Assembly: GCA_964589775.1 (NCBI GenBank)
Contig: CAZPUN010000015.1
Span: forward strand, 1 to 14,483
Origin: an uncultured archaeon
GTDB lineage: Archaea > Asgardarchaeota > Thorarchaeia > Thorarchaeales > CAZPUN01
DNA: 14,483 bases
Reading direction: 5' to 3'
Shown here: piece by piece, positions 1 through 8,694 of the stretch
Position numbering within the stretch: position 1 is the first letter of the stretch
How the letters are laid out: the number at the start of each line of letters is the position of its first letter
Translations under genes and position numbers: made by a program
The notes under the pieces: generated by a model
What the model was told of the DNA's origin: nothing
The model's database searches: none
Seen by the model: only the letters and a program-made list of their open reading frames with translations

Positions 1-1177
1 AAGAATTCCAGAGTGAATCGATTGGAAGTTCCAAAATGCTTCCAAGACTTGTAAAGTATCTCTGACATGGAATGACCTCGCCATTGGGTTCAACTGCAAG
101 TGCAGAAAACCCAGCGTGACAGATTCTTGGTTTTAATCCCCAGTCTACAAGATCAAAGATTTCGAATGGAATCGGAGTGTACCACTTCAGCTTGATTTTG
201 TTTCTTCTTACTTTAATAATGATATCAAGCATAATGTCGTCTATATCGGATTCCGGAATTGCATACTCGGGTGGATTCGGAAGGCTATCTTTATAGAATA
301 TTCCGTTTAGCATCATGTATTTTTGACCCAATTCTACGAGATAATCAATAGTTTCATTAATATCAGGCAGGTTAATCTTTGTTAGTGTTGTATTAGTAAT
401 TGTGTAAATATCCGTATCGATAAATTCTTTCAAGCCGCGAATAGTTTCCTTCCACGCTCCTGAAACGCCTGCCATTTTGTCATGGGTCTCTTCCTTATGA
501 GAATATAGTTCTACCTGAACATAATCAATACCTGCCTTTACTAACTCATCCACTTTATCTTTTGTAAGCAATCGAGCATTCGTAATTATTCCCGTAATTA
601 TGCCAAGATCCTCAGCATGACTGATGAGTTTAGGTAGGTCTTCGCGTAGTGTTGGTTCGCCGCCTGTAAATGTAATATTTGGAATTCCCGCAGAGGATAT
701 TTTGTCTATTATTTCTATCCATTGTTCAGTAGAGAGCTCAACATCCTTATTCCATTTTAATCGTGCATCATCAAGATGGGAAAAAATGGGCGAATTATTA
801 TTCCGATAAGTAATTGCAAGGTCCATTCGTAATGGAGCACTGGGTGGTGTTGAAAATGGTTCTGTGCTCTCTATTTCATGTGCTTCGATTGGATATACAT
901 CTGGTTCTTTGACAAATTTTTTGATTTTTTCAACTAATTCTGCATAATCCTTCTTAATTGTTTCCGTATCGATTTTATATAATTTAGAAATTTCTTCAAT
1001 TGCTTTGTCTTCTGAAGCTCCTGTTAGCATTAACTTGGTGTAATGATATGCAGTATCATTTAGATAGAGAATTCGCATTGAGTCTATGACTAGCATTCCG
1101 CCTGATTTTTCCTTACGTAGAATAAAGCGATGCCCTTCTAGTTCATCGGTTCCAATGGCTCGAAAAACTTCAGACAT
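1..1177 (-). CDS. Pseudo-radical SAM/SPASM protein with N-terminal RRE (PqqD-like) region; CxxxCxxC replaced by NxxxPxxS; 3' end runs off the window
   Basis: Hand translation from ATG 1175-1177 (overlaps upstream stop as TAATG) is open to the window edge: MSEVFRAIGTDELEGHRFILRKEKSGGMLVIDSMRILYLNDTAY...APLRMDLAITYRNNNSPIFSHLD...ELSTEQW...ITFTGGEPTLREDL...IITNARLLT...KWYTP...ICHAGFSALAVEPNGEVIPCQRYFTSLGSIL. Collinear with the 4786-6111 protein throughout. Absent from the ORF track because there is no stop in the window. Confidence 0.93.
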   Translation of the reverse strand, partial: MSEVFRAIGTDELEGHRFILRKEKSGGMLVIDSMRILYLNDTAYHYTKLMLTGASEDKAIEEISKLYKIDTETIKKDYAELVEKIKKFVKEPDVYPIEAHEIESTEPFSTPPSAPLRMDLAITYRNNNSPIFSHLDDARLKWNKDVELSTEQWIEIIDKISSAGIPNITFTGGEPTLREDLPKLISHAEDLGIITGIITNARLLTKDKVDELVKAGIDYVQVELYSHKEETHDKMAGVSGAWKETIRGLKEFIDTDIYTITNTTLTKINLPDINETIDYLVELGQKYMMLNGIFYKDSLPNPPEYAIPESDIDDIMLDIIIKVRRNKIKLKWYTPIPFEIFDLVDWGLKPRICHAGFSALAVEPNGEVIPCQRYFTSLGSILELPIDSLWNS

Positions 1178-2835
1178 TAACGACCACCTCCAGCACAGGC
1201 ACATGCACAACTTGCACAGGCACACGCGCATGAGCCGCCATGACCACCACTACTTGGCGCTGGATTGAATAGATTTACAATGGCATCGGCAATTCCTGCA
1301 AATCCTGCTACAGCTGTATTTGCAAACCCTTCAACCCCTGATACAAATGAGTCTGCAAAGTTTGATATGGATGGGATTTCTGTTTTTCCACTTGGAGAGG
1401 GTAATTGGGAAAAACTGCTTTTGCTCCTGTGAATACCCCTAGATCTATAACTTGTCCTATGGATAGACATATACCATGGAGGTACATAAACAACGTCCAA
1501 ACCGCTTGCATATTTCTTGGGCTTATCTGCAGCTAATAGCCATTCAGCATATTCATTGAATGCTTTCTGTTGGACTACCGGTTCCTCTGCAGATGCAATT
1601 TCTCTGAATGCGCGCTCAATTATTTTCTTATAATATTCCTTTGTCTTATCTCTGGAATAGCCTTCCATCTTCTCTGCAACTGTCTCAATTAGAAGAATAA
1701 GAGCATCTTCGACTCGCTTTTTATTAATGGTGCCGTTATCATTAATTGCCTTTAATAATGCACGTTCATAGTATCTTGCTCTTGCCTGCTTGAGATCTAC
1801 ATTTTTCTTAATAAACCTTGGTGGATCGCCGGGAACAACATCAATAATTCCTTTCTTAAGCATACCAAATATAATCATCGTGAAAACACGTTGTAATGGA
1901 ATTTCCATCAAAACTGCTGCCTCAACCGCTGTTAACCCTCTATGAATGCCAAGAGTTTCAGCTTTCACAGCTGGTGGCAAATATTTATTCCTACCCCTAT
2001 GATTACTAAGTGATGCCCCTAGGAGACAGAGGAAGAAAAATACCGGAAATATGAAAATCATTAAATCGTCAAAATCAATGTTTATCGGTGGGTTATATGC
2101 AGTATAATATGTAGAAACATATCTCTTAGGAAATGATATACCATAAGTAAACTGTTTGGGAGCTACATTTTCCTCACGATATATGAAAACTAACGATTGT
2201 GAATCATTCTTAATAATATCTGGAGCCTCACGATGGTAATATGATTCACTACGATTATAGAACCCTACTGGAAAATGTAAATAGGTATACATATAGTCTA
2301 CCATAAAACAAAATCCACCCGAGAACCATGTTGGTGAAAATTCATAGCCGACATAATCTTCCTTCTCGGTATCTTGGTATATCATATGCGGGTTATTACC
2401 CCAGATTACTAAGGTGCCCACTTCACCATCATGTATCTGAATACTTGCGGGAATGTGCACTTCGACCCCTATATCGATATACGTTGAAACACGAATATCT
2501 GTTAGCGTATACCAGGTTCCATCTTTGTACCATTTTGCATGAATAGAACTTAAATTGTAGTATTCATTCGGAAATCCAATGTCTATAACATCAATTGGGT
2601 CTCCATGATTCTCAAAAACAATCGTGTAATTAATATCAATAGACCCATCAGCTTTTGGATATACGTGTACTGACTCATTTCTAAGCTTGAAATAATAATC
2701 TTGTGCTAGTCTCATAGAAGTATCGGGTTTTATTATATTCTCATTATTTATTTCAGTCTGTGGCATCATTAGTATTGCCGCGGAACTTAGAAAAATGAGC
2801 GAGATTATAATAAATCCCATCCCCTTTCTTAACAT
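1177..2835 (-). CDS. Membrane protein, DUF2207/YciQ-like architecture, with C-terminal Cys-rich tail SCACACASCACACAGGGR
   Basis: N-terminal hydrophobic signal/anchor (FIIISLIFLSSAAILM), beta-rich ectodomain (VYPKADGSIDINYTIVF), TM helix (LMIFIFPVFFFLCLLGASL), cytoplasmic region (LTAVEAAVLM...MLKKGII), Ser/Gly linker and six-Cys tail. ATG at 2835 preferred over the track's GTG at 2844 because it lies 2 nt after the upstream stop. Family assignment is by resemblance only. Confidence 0.85.
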   Translation of the reverse strand: MLRKGMGFIIISLIFLSSAAILMMPQTEINNENIIKPDTSMRLAQDYYFKLRNESVHVYPKADGSIDINYTIVFENHGDPIDVIDIGFPNEYYNLSSIHAKWYKDGTWYTLTDIRVSTYIDIGVEVHIPASIQIHDGEVGTLVIWGNNPHMIYQDTEKEDYVGYEFSPTWFSGGFCFMVDYMYTYLHFPVGFYNRSESYYHREAPDIIKNDSQSLVFIYREENVAPKQFTYGISFPKRYVSTYYTAYNPPINIDFDDLMIFIFPVFFFLCLLGASLSNHRGRNKYLPPAVKAETLGIHRGLTAVEAAVLMEIPLQRVFTMIIFGMLKKGIIDVVPGDPPRFIKKNVDLKQARARYYERALLKAINDNGTINKKRVEDALILLIETVAEKMEGYSRDKTKEYYKKIIERAFREIASAEEPVVQQKAFNEYAEWLLAADKPKKYASGLDVVYVPPWYMSIHRTSYRSRGIHRSKSSFSQLPSPSGKTEIPSISNFADSFVSGVEGFANTAVAGFAGIADAIVNLFNPAPSSGGHGGSCACACASCACACAGGGR

Positions 2836-2837
2836 CT

Positions 2838-3200
2838 TTACCACTTCACATCTTCAACCATTTGATATACTGCGCCACAATATGGACATGTAACAGTAAT
2901 TGTACCCGTATTAGGATCAAAATGTAATGACTTCTTTGTTAGTTTCCCTCCACATTCCTTGCATTTTAGCTGTTCTAGGTCAATGCTCGGAGGTAACTCA
3001 ACTGTTGCCTTGACCTCATAGACAGCTTTCGTCTTCATGCGTGTTATGACAATCATCACTATAGATACAACTACTAGGATACTGCCTGTAATTAATCTTG
3101 GAACTGTATTCTGCACTGGAGCCGCCAGAAGGTACATTGCTCCAAAAAACATCAAGATTGATGCTATACAATAAAGCAAATAGCCTATCTTCTCGTTCAT
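2838..3200 (-). CDS. Small membrane protein with two TM helices and a C-terminal zinc ribbon
   Basis: Two hydrophobic helices then CKECGG...CPYCG. ATG at 3200 (MNEKIG) preferred over TTG at 3218. Stop abuts the start of the next gene, consistent with an operon. Confidence 0.85.
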   Translation of the reverse strand: MNEKIGYLLYCIASILMFFGAMYLLAAPVQNTVPRLITGSILVVVSIVMIVITRMKTKAVYEVKATVELPPSIDLEQLKCKECGGKLTKKSLHFDPNTGTITVTCPYCGAVYQMVEDVKW

Positions 3201-3534
3201 AGGATAACTATAGCACAAATAAGAATATGAATTTTTGCATCTTTTATTTGAGCATTTTTATATTATACACTAACAAAATAAGAAATCTATAGATATAAGT
3301 GTTTAAATTCAACATGAGAGAGTATCAACTTAACTTACATTCTTGCTCTGATAGTTTTTATGCAAAGCAAAATTCAATTAATTATCAAATATCTACTTTC
3401 ATTTTAAATTCATATCATATTTTTTTATTTGAAACATTCTTAATTATATTAATTAAATTGTTTTAAAACTCAAGAATCATATTATTTAAAAGAAAAAAAT
3501 CTAATATTCTATAATGTAAGTAGGAGGAGAATAT

Positions 3535-4770
3535 ATGGCTATTAATATGAAGAACACTAATGTTCGTGTAGCTTTAACACTTGTTTTTTTAATATCACTC
3601 TCTCAACTTTCGCTAATGGCGAATGCTAACATTTTTGGAATTCCAACAGATCTAGAAACCGCTCATGGAATTGTTTATTATAATGAGTATCCTTTCCAAT
3701 ATAGATGGGTAAATACACATAAGCTGAATTTATTAGGTCTAAATAATTATGCAATCGGTTGGGAATCAATTTACAATATGGTTCAACTCTTCGGTATTAA
3801 TTCGACGGATCAAATAGTTGTTGCAAACACATTAATTGGATTGGAAATATATAAAGACGCAAACAATAATAGTATTATTGATGCGGACTATGAAGACGCA
3901 AGTACTGAGTGTATGTATTTCTTAACTATAATTGATTATAGTGATTTTATAAATGAAGGCCCACATAAAGAGTCTAATAACGTTTATACATGGAAAACAA
4001 GAATTGTGAATCCAGAATTCATGGGAAATTACGACTATATATATGGGCCAACAAATCCTGGGAGTATTAATATCACATTTGATTATATAGAATTCAATTA
4101 TAGATACTTTGAAGTGACAACGGAATTACAGACATATCAAGTAGTAAGATTAAATATAAAAATTGGAGCGGTAAATCAATCAACTATTAAAACTTCAAGT
4201 GGTGTCTCCAATTTTGAGATTCCTGATTCTTGGAGTTTATCCTTGCTATATTCATTATCATTATCACTAGTACAATGCTCTAAAGTTTCCGAATCTGTGA
4301 AGTATCGACTACAATATGTCAAGTTCGGATATATCAACAATTACTTCTTTAAGATTGAATTTTCTAATAATTATACGTATATTGAAAATAAAACAGCAGT
4401 AAGTTACCCCACTCATTGTATATATACAAAACCAAATGCAATAAATGAAGATCTAAAACAGATGAGTTCATATTCTAATGCATTACAAGGATTAATCAAC
4501 GCATTTATGACTCAATTATATCACAAATCATTACAAGTAAATATAGACGCAGATTCTTCTACATATTGCTATAGGTCTGAATATCCAATTTGGAAAGCCT
4601 CGGAGATTAATCATAATATAACATTTGTAATCTTTGATATAAACTCTACTACAAGTATATATGCAAATGTATTTTACGAGCGCGCAATATTAATCACAAT
4701 CCCGTGTATTAGTATAAGCGTGGCAATAATAATTTATAGTATGAAGAAGAGGAAAATCAAAGCATCTTAA
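3535..4770 (+). CDS. Secreted, C-terminally anchored hypothetical surface protein
   Basis: RBS GGAGGAGA 4 nt before ATG; N-terminal signal peptide (VALTLVFLISLSQLSLMANA); several N-x-S/T sequons; C-terminal TM helix (AILITIPCISISVAIIIY) followed by basic tail KKRKIKAS. Confidence 0.85.
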   Translation: MAINMKNTNVRVALTLVFLISLSQLSLMANANIFGIPTDLETAHGIVYYNEYPFQYRWVNTHKLNLLGLNNYAIGWESIYNMVQLFGINSTDQIVVANTLIGLEIYKDANNNSIIDADYEDASTECMYFLTIIDYSDFINEGPHKESNNVYTWKTRIVNPEFMGNYDYIYGPTNPGSINITFDYIEFNYRYFEVTTELQTYQVVRLNIKIGAVNQSTIKTSSGVSNFEIPDSWSLSLLYSLSLSLVQCSKVSESVKYRLQYVKFGYINNYFFKIEFSNNYTYIENKTAVSYPTHCIYTKPNAINEDLKQMSSYSNALQGLINAFMTQLYHKSLQVNIDADSSTYCYRSEYPIWKASEINHNITFVIFDINSTTSIYANVFYERAILITIPCISISVAIIIYSMKKRKIKAS

Positions 4771-4785
4771 GTTGGCCCTCTTCTT

Positions 4786-6111
4786 TTATTTTGTTTTGTC
4801 AAGAACAATTTTAATTGGTTTTGGCTTTACTTGTGTGGAATATAATGGACAGCCAGCACCACAAAAGTTGAAAAGTTCACATTCTCTACATTCTTTTGGT
4901 GCCCATTCATGACCTCTGATACTTTTTGCCAGTGGATGATCCCATATTGAATCCCATGAGTCTTTGAGGATGTTTCCAAGTGGTGAAAAGTAGCTCTGGC
5001 AGGGTATAACGTCTCCATTCGGTTCAATTCCCATACTAGAATAGGCGGCACTGCATCGCTTAGTTCCAAGCCCATACTCAAGGGGATTAAAATGGCAATA
5101 CCAAGTCGGAGTATACCATATCATTTTCATTTTGAGAGGTCTAGAGGTCATTAGTATATCTAGTATAAGGTCGTCCAGTTCGTCTTCAGGAATTCCAATT
5201 TCATTCGCAACTGCTATGCCAGATCCAGAATAAATTAAGCCATTCATCGCAAAATCTTTTTGTCCTATAGAATGCAGGAATTTAACAAGATCTGTCGCAG
5301 TATGTTTATTTATTTGAGTTAGCGTCGTATTTGTAAGAATGTACATTCCTTTTCCTTGAGAATTCTTTATGCCATTAACTGTTTCTTGCCATGCCCCTTT
5401 TACACCAACCATACGGTCATGAATTTCAGGATCTGAGGACTCTAAAGTAATCTGTATATAGTCTAAACCTGCCTTAGACAGAGCATCAGCAAATTCCGAA
5501 GTTAGTAATCGGCCATTAGTAATGAGACCCGAATACATTCCAAGATCTTCGGCATATTTTATCAATTCAATAAGGTCCTTGCGGAGAGGGGCTTCACCGC
5601 CAGTAAATGTAACGTGTGGAACGCCAACTTCAATTAGTCTATCTAGAACCTTTTTCCACTGCTCAGTACTCAATTCCTTGGATTTAGGCCATGCTCTTCG
5701 TTCGGAATCTACATAACAATGTGAGCAAAAATTATTACATCGATAAGTTAATGCAAGATCAACTCTATAAGGTGCAGAAGGCTCATGAGTGAATGGAAGA
5801 ACTTCCTCAAAGCCAAGGTCTGTTGGATAGATCTCAGGATGCCGAATATAATCAAGAATCTTATTCTTAAAATCCGTAAAATCCTGCCGAATACGATTTT
5901 CGTCTTGTTTGAATCGCTTTGCAACACCTTCTATTATACGTTCGTCAGATTCGCCTTCTATAATTCCTTTGGCAAAATAATATGCGGAGTCGTTCAAAAA
6001 TAGCAAACGTATTGCATCAATTACCAGGACCCCACCATGTTTATCCCTGCGAAGAATAAAACGATGATTTTTCAAGTCATCTTTTCCAATTTTAAGCTCA
6101 ATTTTAGTCAA
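4786..6111 (-). CDS. Radical SAM/SPASM-domain maturase (PqqE/AlbA-like) with N-terminal RRE (PqqD-like) region
   Basis: CNNFCSHC (C125/C129/C132, nt 5716-5739), FTGGE, LITNG, SPASM cysteines CSAA...GDVIPC...CRECELFNFCGAGC; N-terminal beta-strands then LNDSA plus helices, as in RRE folds. TTG start preceded by GGAGGCGA. Confidence 0.95.
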   Translation of the reverse strand: MTKIELKIGKDDLKNHRFILRRDKHGGVLVIDAIRLLFLNDSAYYFAKGIIEGESDERIIEGVAKRFKQDENRIRQDFTDFKNKILDYIRHPEIYPTDLGFEEVLPFTHEPSAPYRVDLALTYRCNNFCSHCYVDSERRAWPKSKELSTEQWKKVLDRLIEVGVPHVTFTGGEAPLRKDLIELIKYAEDLGMYSGLITNGRLLTSEFADALSKAGLDYIQITLESSDPEIHDRMVGVKGAWQETVNGIKNSQGKGMYILTNTTLTQINKHTATDLVKFLHSIGQKDFAMNGLIYSGSGIAVANEIGIPEDELDDLILDILMTSRPLKMKMIWYTPTWYCHFNPLEYGLGTKRCSAAYSSMGIEPNGDVIPCQSYFSPLGNILKDSWDSIWDHPLAKSIRGHEWAPKECRECELFNFCGAGCPLYSTQVKPKPIKIVLDKTK

Positions 6112-6291
6112 AGTTTCGCCTCCACATGAACCATAATAATGTCTTAACGAATATAGAATTTTTGGAAAAAGCGATTATGGATTTCAGTAGAATCTGATTG
6201 AGACCTATCAAAATTGCTTTATAAACACTCTGAAAAAGCATCGCTTTTAAAAGCGTGATAAATCGCATAAAAGTTCATAACAGTGTTTGTA

Positions 6292-6485
6292 CATAATGGA
6301 ATTGAGCAATTTGAGAGCCTAGAATGGATTGCGACTTGAATGTACACGGCGCATCCAAAATCATCACCGGAAAAAATTGGGCAATAATAAGATCCTCGCC
6401 GAGCACCACGAGTATGTGCATAAAGGCTACCACAAGGTAGAGTTACGCAGAACCCACGCAATTCAATATAGGGCATATGTCAGAA
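6292..6485 (+). mobile_element. Decayed IS200/IS605-family (tnpB 3' end plus right end) remnant, copy A
   Basis: Frameshifted relic of the TnpB C-terminal motif (atg gat tgc gac ttg aat = MDCDLN, cf. MDRDLNAA); aligns with the reverse complement of 10708-10900; ends in gcagaacccacg...gggcatatgtcagaa. Confidence 0.65.
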
Positions 6486-6537
6486 AATTAAGAAATAATT
6501 TAAATATAATAATATAAAACAAAGAATGGTGATATTA

Positions 6538-7014
6538 ATGGCATTATATGCTATAATTAAAACTGAAAAGGGAGACATAGAAATCGAACTTCAACCTCAA
6601 GAGGCTCCAAAGGCTGTCGCAAGTTTTGTTTTTCTGGCAAAGAAGGGCTTTTTCGACGGGCTAACATTTCATAGAGTTGTACCGAATTTTGTAATTCAAG
6701 GTGGAGACCCCTTGGGAAATGGACGCGGTGGTCCTAGAGATGTCGGAATAAAATCATTCCCATTTGAAGGTAAGGAAATTCCGTATCCTTTTGAAGATGA
6801 ATGGCATAGCTTATCATATGACCGTCCGGGAATCGTCGGAATGGCAAATGCAGGACCTAATACCAATGGGAGTCAATTCTTCATAACGCATAGAGCAACC
6901 CCACACTTAACAAAGAAACACTCGATTTTTGGAATCGTAACAAAAGGTATGGATGTCGTAAATGCGATAAAGCAGGGCGATAAAATGCTTAAAGTTATTA
7001 TAGAAGAGAGATAG
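6538..7014 (+). CDS. ppi: Cyclophilin-type peptidyl-prolyl cis-trans isomerase
   Basis: FDGLTFHRVVPNFVIQGGDP, GMANAGPNTNGSQFFIT and PHL..KHSIFG motifs. ATG 6538 has GGTGAT 4 nt upstream; the track start at 6526 is an alternative. TTTAAA box at 6498-6503. Confidence 0.96.
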   Translation: MALYAIIKTEKGDIEIELQPQEAPKAVASFVFLAKKGFFDGLTFHRVVPNFVIQGGDPLGNGRGGPRDVGIKSFPFEGKEIPYPFEDEWHSLSYDRPGIVGMANAGPNTNGSQFFITHRATPHLTKKHSIFGIVTKGMDVVNAIKQGDKMLKVIIEER

Positions 7015-7036
7015 TATATATAAATCTCTCTTATTT

Positions 7037-8530
7037 TTACGCCAATATTTGTCTCAGGAATTCTGGACACTTTTCTACTTTACTTCCAAAAGAGTAGAAC
7101 AAATCATTTACAATTGGATTTTCCAAATTTAGCATATATGCAAAAAATCTTTGTTTGGTAAATACCCGTTGAAGGAATTTGTTTTTACAAAGAAAATCAA
7201 AGACATGCGAATTTCTAATTTCGTCTTTCTTATAGTATTTATTCAATATTTCATAGTTTTTAATAGAGTTACATTTTATCTTCGATTTTCGTATCGTATT
7301 GTATATCAACCACGCTTTACTCTTGGAAAGAGCACCAAATGTTCTAACTAATTTTTGATAATCATGAGCTTTTAATGCATGAAAATATATAATCAATAGT
7401 TGAATTATTGCAAAATGTATTGATTTCAAGTTAATGATCTCTTGTTGCGGTTCATCGATCATATTATTCATTATCTCACTTACTATTTCATCACGGGACT
7501 CAAAAATTAATGATTTCTCAAATGCATTTAATTGTGAGATGTATTTTGTGAATTTTTCAGTGAGTTGTACATATCGGGGTTTATATTTTAGATATTTTGT
7601 AATTTCTTCATAACAAATTGCGGTATCATGCGGGAGAATCCCACCAATCTCATAATAAAGTGGATTCAATGAACCATATATTAAGTAAATTATATTTCTT
7701 AAGAATTTAATTGATTTTTCTACGGATTGGTCTATATTTATACTAGAATCGTTGGACTTTTTTACGAAATGTTTTGTATTCCTACCTTTAATAAAATACG
7801 AATTTGCATGAGTCAATATATAATACATAATATAAAAGTGACTCACTGCAAGTTGTGCCCCAAAAACGATTTTATACTTATTTTGATAATGTTTGTTAGA
7901 TATATTTATTCTATAATATGATTGATTAATATAATTGATTTCAAAATTTTTGTCCATATTAACTTTGTTTATCTCAAAAGTATATGGGTCACTTTTTACA
8001 AATTTTATCGATTTGTCTATTCCATTCAATCCTACGTAAATATTTTGAAATTTCGCAAATTTACGATTAACAAAATCATGAATATGCAATATTTTTTTGT
8101 ATATTGGATCTTCTTCAAGATAATGAATATTAATATCGACCGGGTCTTCGAAATTTATAGAAGATGTTATTAATGCGAAACCTTGAAGGAAAACCTCAAC
8201 AGTTCCACCGATACTTCTTATGTTCTTATCGAACCACAAATTCGGATACTTGGCTTTTTTCAAATCGATATATCCTACAAATGAATATGGTGGAAAGAAC
8301 TTTGCATATATATACTGATTGAACTTGTGAACCATCTCTTTTGTCAAATATCTCTTGCGCCATTTGAACTGTGAAACATTGTTTATATAAAAGTCCTTAA
8401 TCGTATGCGTGAGTGGATCAATCTTATTATAAGTATCAATATTGCATATATATGAAATTGTTTCCTTTAGTTTTCGCCTATCGAGGATATGATCTATCAG
8501 ATTATATATTGTAATTGTCTTAAATAACAT
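7037..8530 (-). CDS. Hypothetical protein, very AT-rich, possible C-terminal winged-helix region
   Basis: 497-codon ORF, too long to be chance in AT-rich DNA; rich in I/K/N/Y/F; no catalytic motif recognised. The C-terminal helix-helix-strand-turn-strand pattern (VFDFLCKNKFLQRVFTKQRFFAYMLN) is only suggestive. Confidence 0.7.
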   Translation of the reverse strand: MLFKTITIYNLIDHILDRRKLKETISYICNIDTYNKIDPLTHTIKDFYINNVSQFKWRKRYLTKEMVHKFNQYIYAKFFPPYSFVGYIDLKKAKYPNLWFDKNIRSIGGTVEVFLQGFALITSSINFEDPVDINIHYLEEDPIYKKILHIHDFVNRKFAKFQNIYVGLNGIDKSIKFVKSDPYTFEINKVNMDKNFEINYINQSYYRINISNKHYQNKYKIVFGAQLAVSHFYIMYYILTHANSYFIKGRNTKHFVKKSNDSSINIDQSVEKSIKFLRNIIYLIYGSLNPLYYEIGGILPHDTAICYEEITKYLKYKPRYVQLTEKFTKYISQLNAFEKSLIFESRDEIVSEIMNNMIDEPQQEIINLKSIHFAIIQLLIIYFHALKAHDYQKLVRTFGALSKSKAWLIYNTIRKSKIKCNSIKNYEILNKYYKKDEIRNSHVFDFLCKNKFLQRVFTKQRFFAYMLNLENPIVNDLFYSFGSKVEKCPEFLRQILA

Positions 8531-8694
8531 TTAGCTCATCTCGAGCAATTGATTATTAAAAAGTAGTTTAGAGTAAAATAAAAATATTTTGACATTTTTG
8601 TAAAAATTACAATAAAAAAGATATTTTATAGAATTTTTGTTTTTTAATCTTTCAAGATTGAATGATACATAAATAAAAATCCATGATAAAAGGC

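Noticed and set aside
624-2546. Short ORFs 624-809, 1086-1268, 1308-1511 and 2328-2546, including the His-rich 1086-1268
   Set aside because: Antisense or off-frame shadows of the pseudo-rSAM and membrane protein genes; the His/Arg repeat is just the reverse complement of the Cys-Ala tail.
4827-6003. Short ORFs 4827-5081, 5522-5716 and 5785-6003
   Set aside because: Lie entirely within the well-supported rSAM gene, with no motifs or RBS.
6219-6517. Cys-containing ORFs 6219-6476 (-) and 6329-6517 (+) as possible RiPP precursors upstream of the rSAM
   Set aside because: They overlap the decayed tnpB/right-end remnant, which explains the sequence; no RBS or leader/core pattern.
6538-7014. Cyclophilin as a member of the rSAM modification system
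   Set aside because: Divergent orientation, separated by an IS remnant, and a common housekeeping family; adjacency alone is insufficient.
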